A stretch of DNA of 64,000 bases from Amoebophrya sp. A120 (lineage: Eukaryota > Protista > Dinoflagellata). Within the stretch, counting starts at the first letter, position 1. Every line of letters starts with the position of its first letter. Location of the stretch: the NCBI GenBank assembly GCA_905178155.1, contig CAJINV010000003.1:10855367-10919366 (forward strand), in the 5' to 3' direction. The notes below the pieces were generated by a model, which worked only from the letters and a program-made list of their open reading frames with translations, searched no databases and was not told the DNA's origin. The position numbers and the translations under genes were made by a program. This document shows positions 36,806 to 48,800 of the stretch, piece after piece.

Positions 36806-39800
36806 ATGAACGCACCTCCGGTTCTCGCATCAAGATGGTATTCCTACGTCTTGCAAAACAAGAAAGGCACGACGACGGCGCGTCAACAGTGGCGCAAATT
36901 TATTTATCTCATCCTTTGCACGGTTCTCGTTCTCGGTCTGTCGATGCAAGAAGTTGCGGCCTCGACAGCGTCTGCATCGAGCACCTCTTCATCTCCAGTG
37001 CAATATCGCCAGCAAATATGTTGTCGGGGTCTCGAAGATTGCGCGAGTTATCATGCCGGTGGTGCATGTGCACGTCCCGCCGCGAGGCCTAAAAAGCATG
37101 GCCTAGTAGCGCCACAGGTTTTGCCGGCAGGGGCACCTTGCACCGCCGATTTTGCAAGCGGAATGTCTCGCCGACCTGTCCCTGGCAAGAGATATGCGGC
37201 TTCTGCTGCTCATGTGCAATGCAGGTTTTTGTCTGTTGGCCACGACTTCTTGCAGGCACGATCACAAATCCGCACTCTTCCAAACCCAGAAATATTTGCA
37301 GTCCATACGCAGGTGCCGCAGCTGATTATGAGCGGCGCGAATTTTCCGACGTTGCCTTGGCAATTTGTGAATGCGCTCGAGAAGGTATGGAAGTGTCTGG
37401 GTTGAAATTAATCTTTCGACAATGCACTATCCCTGTCCGGGTTGAAGCTGATATTATTTCCACAATAGTTTATTTTGACGCACAGAAATAAAATCGGCAC
37501 CCTGGTGTATTGTTCTATTAGATCCCCGCTTCCCGCCGAGTGGCAGATCAGAAATTCTTTCAAATTTTGAATGCAGTCAAATTCCAGTTGTCATGCCGTT
37601 TGGTCGTGCTCGTGCAAACGGAGCTGCTCCTGTCAATGTGCCGCTTAGCAACCACGTTCTTCATCTTGCCCCTTATTTGGCATACAATCGGCAACGGCAT
37701 AGTTTGCTTGCTCTCCAATACAACAAGCACTCTAGTACTGTGCCTAGCATTTCACTCGTCACTGGCCGTTTGAGCTTTGTCGATAATTTCGACCTTTGCG
37801 CTTCCATAGGAGGGCGACCCCTTTGCCTGCGGCAACCCCGTGGCGCAACATTTGCCGCAAAACATAACGCCGGTGCCTTTCGAGTGGATGTTTTCCAAGG
37901 TCATCATGTGCCGACAGTACGTGAATGGTACCACGAACGCCAGCACGGCTTCTGAAGCCAATAGCTCCACAACTTTTAATGCCAGCAATGCAAGTTCAAG
38001 CGGAAGGCGGCTCATGACCGATTCGGGTTTTTTCGTTTTGGAGGACGAAGATGATGTTGGCTCGCCCATGGAACTTGACGCAACTGGAGAAGAATTCGAA
38101 AAGGACGACGCTTACCCCCGAAAAAGAACGAGCAGAGAGCGACAACGGAAGTTGAGCACTTCGTCGGCCGCAACCTCCACCGAAGCGCAGACGGTTGTGG
38201 AGCTGCAGGAATTCGTAATATCGAATGTGTTGATGCCAGACACGCCGCCAATGCTTTTCCCAGACGACAAGGTGACGCTTACACTCTCCTGCGGCGGCCT
38301 CGGGTGCAGCCCCAACTTCTTTGGGTTTTACTCCCGCACGCCAGACTGTGCCCAGCCAGCTACTGAGGTGCAACGGTTCGAGGGCACGGGTGCAACGTAC
38401 TACAACTTGACGGAGGTGTATCCAGAAAAACAAAACAACCCAGCATCTTCGCAAGGCCTTCGTTTACACATGGACATGCACTTTGCGAGAGAACAACAAC
38501 TCAAGGAGTGATGCGTGAAAATAATGTATCGTCTTCGTGGTCAAGCTACTTAAGCGCCACAGTATTTTTTTTTACATTTTCACGTTATTTCTGTATTACT
38601 ATACACACGCGAACACAAGAATATGATTGAATTTGTCACTGTCATTCCGGAGTAATTTCTGATGCAGCCGCAGCGCTTCGCCACCTTCCAACAGTGTGAA
38701 GATAATTGTGCTGGTGTAGATATTTTTTTTCCTGGACAAATTGTATCTGACGCTGGATCTGCGAAAGTTGTACGGCTTTTACTACGTGTGTTTTGCACGG
38801 AGCGAAGCGCCCGATTTGCGGGTGATCAGTTTGAGTACGGGACTACACAACGCAAGCTTCGCTCCCGATTCCTTCGGACCTGCAAGCCGGGTGCCGATGG
38901 TGGAGCACGGTGTGGCTCATCGCCTGGCAGACAGTTCTACCAGCATGTTGGTGGATCACACCGGCGCGGGGCAGGAAACGGAAACCCACGCGCAGTCCTC
39001 CACCGCAACGGCGGAAAGCATGGGGGTGGCGCCGCCGGACGAAACGGCTCACGATTACTTGTTTTCCGGTGAATTCTACGAAGGTCACTTTGTGACCGGG
39101 TTTCCGCGGGACCGGAACCCGAAGTTGCAGTTCGTCAAGCGATATGCGGGGCGGGACCAGATATACTATCTGTCGCACGCCATCTACCCTGGGCACGCCA
39201 CGCTGGACGGCAAATTGACGTGGCACTCGATTCCGGACGTGGTCTGCAGCGGCATCCGCGTGTTTGTCTTCCCCGCGCACTCGTGGGAGTACAACTTTCG
39301 CGGACCCCGGCCGATCTCGCTTCGCAGCCCCGAGCCCGCGGTTTTTCCTCCCGCGAACTACTACAACCCGGGTGGAGGTGCTGGCGCCGTCGACCCGGCG
39401 GACGAGCTGAGAGCGACCTTCCTGGTACTCCGCAGCAACAGTCCAGATCCCGTGGAGTTCTACCTCGCCAATACGACGCGGTCGGAGGAGGATTTCGAGC
39501 CCATCTCGCCCTACCGGCAGACCTCGTTTTGCGGGACGCCGGGGGAGATCGTGGAGTCCACGCGCACCCTCTTTCGCTCCGCGCCGAGCACGGACGCCCG
39601 GGCCACCGAGGGGTACCCACCAAACGAGTACAAGCTGTTCGCGTACGTAAACACCAAGGACCTGAAGCCCCGTCGGTTTTACACGGTCTGCACGAACGGA
39701 CTCGGGCAGTTTCAGTTGCTGAAGGTGTGGACCACGGACCTGTTCGCTACCCCGAGCCACCTGACGCCCTACCCCACGACCTCCCTGGTCACCAGTTTGT

Positions 39801-42800
39801 TCCGCATGCGCCCGGAAGAGGTCTTCTCCACGGACCGCATCTTCCTCGGCGACGAGAACTGCCGGGTGGAGGATTTTTACCTGAAAGCCATCGGGAACTT
39901 CTCGGTCGTGCCAAGTTTGGACTTCGGCCCGCTACCGCCGACCCGCGCGCAGGTGTTGCTGACCAAGTATCTGAACTACGACGTACAGCTGAACCCCGAC
40001 CAGGTGGTCAAGTTTCATTGTCCCAACGCGCGCTCCTCGGGCTGCGTGGAGGGCAAGACGTTCCTTTTCCTCGCGAACGTCACCAATTACACCGTCCCGC
40101 TGGGCGACCGCCGCTACACGGGCAACTGCGAAGAACAGGTCACGCCGTCCGTGCCCGTTTCCCTGGACCGGTCGCAGCTCGTTTTCGGAAACTTGACGGA
40201 GTTCGTCAACTTCACCGCCACTGTGGACGTTCGCACACTGACCCCGATGCAGCGCTACTCCGTCTGCATTGATTACGACGGCAGCAGCACAACCTTCAGC
40301 TCCCAGGGCGGCACAAAGACCACCGCCTACGCGCCGGTCTTTCTGGACATTTTGTTCGTCAACCCGGTGTATGCAACATTGCAAAAGTAAAAATATCTGG
40401 TGCACTCCGTATCAGTCCTGGAAATTGCAATTTTCTTCAGTTGTTGCTCGGAAACAAGCAGATTATTTGTCATGCAAAGCTGCAATTTGTACTTCACTTC
40501 TAGTTAATTTGTGCTTCCTCGCCCACCCCCCGGGGAGGGGATCCTTGGCCTGTGGCGCTGGGTACGGGTGTCCACTACATGATGACGATGATGATGATAG
40601 TAGGCAGGCAGCGATGCTTTTACTTTTGCAGAGCATACGGCACGCCGGTTCGTGCCCAAGGGGTTCGTGCACTTCGGGACGCCGTCGACCTTCAACCTTG
40701 AGGGTTTTCCGCTGTTCCCCACCACGAGTCCGGACTATTTCACGACGGTCACCTTTTCCGACGGGACCGTGCAGACGTCAGTGACAGACTCGCTGGATGT
40801 CAACGCGGTGTTCGCGTCCGGGACCATCCTCGGGGCGCCGCTCACCTCGCGCGAGATGGTTTTGTACTTTGCGATGGAGAAATCTTGTGACGGCCTGACC
40901 GACGACACGCCCTTCTACGCGATTAACCCGGTCGCGAAGGCCGTCACCGTTATCCCCCGCGGGGCGCACCTGTGCATGCGGGTCATCGAACGGTCGAAGG
41001 TGACGAAAACCACGATCGGCATGTGGACCGGGGATACGCGGCTGAAGGTGGAGGACGTGTTAGCGAAACACCCGGAAATCTTCCTGACCAAGTTCCAGAT
41101 CTGCGAGATGCCGGTTTGGAACCCCACTTTAGTGACCCTTCTCGCCACGGGGCGCGAGATCGCGCTCTACGGCGGGTCTCTCGGCGTGGAGGCCATTCTG
41201 AGCGGGTTCCAGGGCGGCTCGGTCACCGGGTTTCAAGCCTCCAAACTTGGGCCGTTCCTGTGCTTCACGCACTGCGCGGACGTGGAGTCCACGACCCGGA
41301 GGCTCTTTCTTTCCTCCTTTCCGCGCGTCGAGCAGCAGCTGCAGATGGACTACGAGAAGAAGCGCGTGGACCCTAATTGCTTCCTGTCCGGGATGTGGTG
41401 TCCCAGCGTGTGCGAAACGAAGCTCGGGTTGTACGACAGGGACGCGTTTGCGCTTCGGTCCGAGCTGGTCACGTCCGAGTACGGCACCGGTGACGAGTTT
41501 TGGCTAAACCTGCCGAACAAAACCGAGATGCGTCCCGGGAAACACTACACGCTCTGCCTCTTCTTCAGCGCGCGCGACACCCGCGCCGCCCAGAATCCGC
41601 GGTTTATGACGCCGCTCGCGTCTCGCCGCGTGTTTCCCCTGCCCTACGTCCAGGGTCCCTACGCGGAGGCAACTTTGCCGAGGAGCAACGAGCTGCCGGA
41701 GCTCAACTATTTTGGCGACTTCAGTAAAACCGGACTGCGGGCGGTGACGTACGATCCGAGGAACGACACGGTGCTTGCTGGCTCGATAACGCCGCCCGCG
41801 GACCGGAATTACACCATCACGGAACAGGATGTATGCATTGCAAATTATGCGTCCTCTGGGTCTGGATGGATGCACATTTGTCATGCTTGGCCGACAAGAC
41901 TGAACACAGGCTGTCATGCTTGTCGCGCTACAGTATCACTTGTTTGTCATGACAAAATGCTATGTGTCATGCGGGAAACGAACGCGAACGCGTGACCTAG
42001 CCGCTCAGAAACTTGTGGTCGTGCGTGGTCCTGTAGTAAAGTTGATAGAGGCCACTTATATACTTCGGACATTAGTATCACAACTTTCCTCCAGACGCAG
42101 ACATATTTGCAAGGCATAGGACGCGCTCGACGACAACTTTACGCAGTTAGTCTCGTCGGGATACGACGTTTACATTTCGCCGGTTCTGCAAACGGAGTAC
42201 CGCATCGTGAAGCCGCTGCCCAACCAGCAGATCCGCGTGTTCTGCCCCATGGTGCACAACGAGGTGATTTGCCGCAACGACACGGCGCAGTTCTTCCTGG
42301 CCGACCACCGGGATTGCCTAGAGCGCAACCGGCGAACGAGCTACAGCACCTGGCGCGAGGTGCAGTCGGACCCGAACTACGAGACGGGGGTGGGCCACGC
42401 CGAGGGCATCCGGTCCAGCACGTCCGAGCTCGCCCCGAACCTGGACGAGATCCACTCGGACGAAGTGTTTCTCTCCAACGGGCGGCACTACGTGTTCCAC
42501 GAGCAGCCGGGCTACTTGCAGCAGAACCGCACGTTTGTCGTCACCATGGACACCTCCCGTCTGCTGTCCGACTACTTCTACTACCTCTGCGTCGACGTGG
42601 ATGGCATCGACCGACGGCAGTGGGACGAGAGTTACTCGGGCTGGAGCGGGGTTTTGGTGTACGTGACCCCGGTGCACCAGCTGAAAGACAACACGATCCG
42701 CCAAAACGCCTCGGAGCGGATCACACTTTTCGCGGAGGAGGGGCTCACGCTGGGGTTTCTGGACAAGGTGGTTCCCCCAGACGCCAATTTGACGTATGAC

Positions 42801-45800
42801 ATGGATAGCAGCGTGGTCACCCAGATGTGCCGGGACAACAGTTCGGAGCGAAATTTTACTCGGACAACGGCTGCGTCCGCACAAGTCGTGGAAGCCGACC
42901 TCGCGTTTGGCACCCTGGATGGCTTTCTCCGCCCGCTGGTGGAGTACAGCCTCGAGGTGAACGCGTCCGCGCTGCAGGAGGGCGTTCACTACGTCTTGTG
43001 CGCCCAGCGCAACCGCAGTCGCGACGTGGCCCTGCAGCAGTCGCTACTACACAACTGGACCGCGTTTGCCTCGCTCGACGCCCCTTCCGGGCGGGACGTC
43101 CTGTACGCGCAGGACGGGCAGAGCCCGATCTACGCGGCGGTCACGGACTTGGCCCGGGTCGAGCACGCCTCGCTGCTCTCCCTTCCCGGCCACCAGGGCG
43201 TCACGCTGGAAAGCCATCAAGTGGTGCCGACGCTCCAGCAGAACAACTGGTATCCCCTGTCGCTGTTCGGGTCCAGTGACCAGCGGGTGTTCGTGTCTGG
43301 GTTCCAGCGCTTCCACAACGTCAGCATGATCCTGGGCCAGAGTAACTACAGTGTCAGCTGCACCGCCTGCGAGCTGGTGGGCCGATACGCCTACATCAAC
43401 TCCGATGCGGAGACCCGGGTGCATCTGGCCCCGACCGTGGACCAGTGCGGGGAGCGCCCGTGGACGTTCTGGACGTACACGGTGAACGCGCCGCCAAAGT
43501 GCATCGAGGTGTCACCCTTCCCGGATCTGATCATCGAGTGCTTTCCCGACGTCACACGGAAGCAGATCTGGACCCCTAATTTCCTGGATTTCGTCAAGTA
43601 CGGGGCCTATTACCAGATCTGCCTGAAGCACCAGCACAGCCAATGGGGCAATGCTGCGGTCGACGATGTGTACGTGTCGCCGGCGACCGCAGAAGTTGAC
43701 GTCACTCTTGTCCGCGGGCGGCGAGACTTCTTTGTCACCTTGAGTTGCTACTACGTGTGCCACTTGCAGGATCCCTCGCGGAACTTCACGACGCACGATC
43801 CGAGTTTGACCACCATGGAAAAGGGAAACATACCCTACCTGAAGTACTATCGTTTCGCCACCTGGGAAAGCATCGCAGACGCCTACAATGTGAGCAGCAG
43901 CGACACTGCGATACTAGTGACAAGGTAAGAAATCATCGAAAACACATTACTTCTTGTAGTTTTGAAGTAAGAAGAGCTGTGGATGTTGAGCTTTTTTTTT
44001 GTGCGCCGGCGTGCAGCGCCAGCACGAGTAGCGGGTCGAAGCAGAAGTTGCAGGAGACCAGGGTCCTGGTAGCAAGGCGCACTGCCGGGTATTGTGCGAG
44101 CGGCATGGCTTGACATTCATACACTCATAAGTCGTGCTTGCTATAGTGCTATAGTAGAAGCCCGGAAAAACTCACGTGAACATCAGATACTGCACGTCGG
44201 AGTGCGATCACGCGAAGGGATTTTTGCGGCCCATCGAGCAAAAGACGTGCGACCGCTCCGCCACCCACGGCATTGCAGTGGATCCCCTGCCGGGCGACAA
44301 TTTCAACAAAACGATCACCACGGTGCTGCAAAAGAGTGGCACTCCCGCAGAATGGAACGAGCCGCTCCTGATCGAACGGAGGATTACGGGGATCTCAGAC
44401 GTTAGATTCTCAAGAACTGTATACATAATTTGCCATGCAAAATTGCCATCAGCGCCCACCCCCCGGGGAGGGGATCCTTGGCCTGTGGCTCTGGGTGCGG
44501 GTTTCCACTACATGATGATGATGATGACACGGCCAAACTACTTCGCACGACAAATCCTCAAAGAGCTAAATAGAATTGCTATCTGCGCCGCACTTGTGAT
44601 GTAACAGTTGGAAGCTCCCGCCCGTTTCCCCTTTCAACTGTTGCCATTCTCGCATCACAAATTCATGTATACAGCTGAGATTATCAGTAACGTTTTAGAA
44701 CGCCATAAGGATGAGGCTGCTCGTCGAGACGGAAGCGTACGCGCCGCGGGCGTACTACGGGGTCTGCCTCAACACGGGCTACGGCCCGGGTCCGGTGCCC
44801 ACCTCGGCTAGCATCTTCGTGCGCGACCAGGGTATCAAGAAGTTCCACACGGTCGGATTTGTGTTGGGAAACGCAGAGTACGTTTGGTTTGATTGCGACG
44901 GATGCGTGCCGGGGGTAACCCGCGCATTCCTCCAGGAGTACAGCATCGATGACAAGTGCTATCCGCAGTTCTACGAGCTGCGTACGGCGAGTGGGAAAGA
45001 CGAGGGGCGGCCTGACCCCACGCTGCGGTCCGACAGTTTGTGGCTTCTGGACTCGCGGCAGTTGACGCCCAACATCCACTACTACCTGTGTCTGGACCTG
45101 GACGGAGCGGACAGCGACATAATGACCTACGAACTGGTTGACGCGACGTTTCTCGGGACCGAGATTCACGCCCTGTTCTACAGCATCATAGCGATGCAGT
45201 ACGACCCGCGCGCTGCGTTCGCGGAGCGGGACCAGCACATCTACGTGGATTTGCCCTACTGGGGCACCAACGGCAACCGCGCCTTCTGGATGCTCGAGCT
45301 GGAGCGGTGCCGGCAAGGGGTGAACATTAACGACATCCAGGACACGTCCCAGTCCGGCGCCAACTGGAATTACGATCCTAACGGACTCGACGACTGGAAG
45401 CACAGCCGAGTCTTGGAAGTGAACCCCACGTCGAGTCTCGCTCCCCAGGTCGGGGAGTATGGCCGTGTCCCGACTCCGCGGGAGGACAGCGACTTGCTGG
45501 TGTGGTACGGCAAAACGCACCTGACCATGTTGCGTTCCGGCTATTACTACCGGATCTGCGGCGCGGACCAGCTGGGCCGGGGCATGGGCGATACGAATCT
45601 GAAGCTCTTTATCTCGCCCGTGCTGGAGTTCGCCACCGAGTCCGCCGAGCCGGAGCGGCGGCAGGAGGTGCGGTTTTCCTGCCCCGAATGTTACGAGAGC
45701 GAGACCCTGGCGTTCCTCGACTACAACTGCTCCCAGGCGCTGCAGCCGTTTCTCAAGTTGGCAGAGATAGAAACCCGCGCGCAAAGTCTGAGTAGCTCCC

Positions 45801-48800
45801 TGCAAGCCGAGTGGACGTCTTTGCTGACGAGCCTCGAAAACACGCCCTCCTACTACGTCGCCACGAACGACGTGAGCGAGCACAAGTACCCGGACCCGAC
45901 CGACCACGGGATACCTGCCCCCGCGATTTCGCCGCTCGTCGACTTTGTCGCGGCGCACCTCTATCCGCAGATGACCACCACGGTGAAGAAAGCGATCCAT
46001 TTGGTGTACGACGCGAACCTCGACACGCCGTTGTTCTTGATCCCCTACAGCACCAACGTGACCGGCACGAGCGCGGTCAGTCCCGCTCCGCTAGAACCGC
46101 CCGGCGAGTTTCGGGCAATCGTCGGACTGGACGAGGCCGCTCAGCTATCCACTGCAAATTAATATCGACGATCTGGGCCCTCGGGGAGAGCTGTGCATTT
46201 GTTTGTGCCAATGGCTGTGCCATGCATCTTGCTTCTGCCATCAGAAGATTACAGATACAGATGAAACTAGGCAAGATTATGCTTTTTGCATCAGCTGCTT
46301 CTAGAGCTGGAGTATTGGTATGGCACGCGAAGCGTTATAGGTTTTGAGAAGCCCGCTCCCAAAACATGGGTACTCCTGTGAGAAATAGGGTATATCCGTT
46401 GCTGGAAAGAGACGTCAGCGCCATTTGGCACGCGTGCAACACCGATTTTTGTCTGCACGAGGTGGAGAATGAGTATCACAAAGGTGCAATGAACTCGTGG
46501 TCGAGACCCAGACATACACAAATTTGCGATGCATAGCAACAGGGGGAGTACTACCGCAAGCAGCTGACGAACACCCTCCCGGTGCACACCAACCTGGAGG
46601 CGTGTTGCGGGTTTCGGTACCAGCTCGTGTACCACGCTCGAAGCCTTCTTCAGCAGCCACGGTACCCGGTGAGTTTGGGAAACGACACGTGGTCCATGAG
46701 CGTGGACTTTAGCTACGCGGAGAAGGGCCGACATTACGAGCTTTGCATACGGAGGAACACCACTCTCCCAAGCGGACCGTCCAACTGGTATGTTTTCGTG
46801 AATCCGATCCCGAAACGGCTAGACATCACGATCAAGATGCTGAACCTGGAGCCGGCAAGGCTGCACTGTCCCGTGTGCGCGAAGCGCGCTAACAATCCCA
46901 ACGTGTACCAATCGCGACTCTATTTGACCGCCGAGCCGGTGTGTAACCCGTCCGGAAAACGCACCGAGGTACAGTACCTGCACACCAGCGCGCAATTGGT
47001 CACAATCGACGACGTGGTGCCCGGGTTCAACGCGCTGACTCGGCAAAATGCCAAGGTCATGCGTGTATCACAGGTGTACTTGTTACACAACTCCCCACGT
47101 TGTGGTTGTCCTTCTCGTTTGTCATGAAAAATGCCATCAAGAGGGAGAGCGGCCACATCCACCTTTGCCTTGTGACACTGTGTACCGCGTGGCAGGGTCG
47201 GAACCCGAAATTCCAGCGCTAGAGACCTTAATTACCAAATCTTTATTCAAAAAAGAGAGGCTCCTTTGCAACGCTTGGTCCCAGTCAACGCCTGCTGGGA
47301 CCACGATCCTATAAACATCGTGCCTGTCCGTTTTCATTCAGGGGTCGGGGGACTGCGGGGAGTTGTGCACTCTGATAGTGCGGCGGCCAGACTTACAAGA
47401 TGTGCATAGACGTTATGGAGCTCTCAAACGTTACATGCTCAACTGTTACATGATTTGTCATGCCAAATTAATGAGCATCAAGATCAACATCCACACGGTG
47501 AACGTGAAGGCACTTCGCGCAACAACTTTTGGAAGGGTTAAGCAGCAGCAGCACCTAGAAAATCTGTGCGGAATTTGCAATGCTACAAGTTATGGCAAAA
47601 ATCAATAGAAGAAAGGTCCTCGCACCTGTAGCATTGCAAATTCATGTGAATAAAGTTGAGAGTGTAACGCTTGAGCGCACCATATACGTAGATGGTCCGG
47701 GGCCGCTCGCGCCGCACACGAACCACTGGCACTTGCCGACCATGCGGTACGGGTACGCCAAACCGCACACGATTTTCGTGTCCCCCATTCTAACAGCGCA
47801 ACGGACCATCTACGATGAGGGCTCGCAAACAATCGACATGGTCTGCCCGGATCTGGTGTCCGCAGTAAATTTCCCGTACACAGCGACGATGTGCAAATGC
47901 GGATTCCGCATCCACGACGAATCTTATGCTTGCCTCCCATGCTAGAAGTCCTCAGTGGGACAAGTCGCGGCGTTACAGCACTCGTCTAAGTTGTTGGCTA
48001 ATAGAAATAATTTGTGATCCATTTTGTGCCACCAGCACGTCGTGTGCGGGAAATTATTTGTGTTGCATATCTGGGTTGCGTGGACGGGCAAAGCATCATC
48101 TTCCTGGAGCAGTTTGAGGCTGGGAAGGACCTGCTTTTGATCTGCAAGAACCAGGGGCTGGACAGGCGGTCGGATCCGTTGCCGCAGGTGGACGTGGCCA
48201 AGTTGACGGCGGTCGCGAACAACTTCCGCGTCACGGTGAACTCGGCCCAACTGGTCCCAGGGTGGTACCGGATCTGCTTCGACTACGACGGAGTGAGCGG
48301 CGCCCTGGTCCCCGGTTGGTCCGAGCACGACGTTTACAACTCGGGGGTGTACAACGCGTTCTCCACGGGCCTCGCCAAAACCACTAGCATGTCGGTCTTC
48401 GTGAACTGCAACGGCTGCTCCGAGGCCACCACCATCGCCTACTTCAGTCGCGATTGCGAAGTCACATACACTATCCAGAAGAAAAACGTTCTTCCAGCAC
48501 CTCAGTCTCAGAGTTGTCATGCAAACGTGCAAGCTTCACAAGTACAAGTTGAAGTTTCTCATGCGCAGCCCCATGGGGTGGTGGAGCATACTGTAATACT
48601 GTCTGGCAGGAGTTTGTCGTGCTAGAATCAGGGTAAGGAGGTAGATTTGTAATGCAGCTACAATTGCCAAACGCGATTAAGTACACTGCGAGCGCCAATA
48701 AAACCTTTTATGCGCGCCAGCCAAAAGTAGGAAAATCCTGATCTTGACTCTGAGGTGAGGACGTTTTTGTTCACAATATACACTGTTTTTGGAAACAACC

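Noticed and set aside
43900-44160. Intron between ORFs 42207-43928 and 44176-44604
   Set aside because: An intron must exist, but I could not fit either GT-AG or the TAT..ATA+5 rule convincingly, so it is not annotated. The same applies to junctions near 28250, 49001, 51700-53000, 53250-53480, 54070-55040 and 60242.
18581-46000. Long minus-strand ORFs (18581-19561, 20353-21207, 24120-25133, 38843-39760, 44684-46000)
   Set aside because: Antisense shadows of GC3-rich plus-strand exons, with no motifs of their own.
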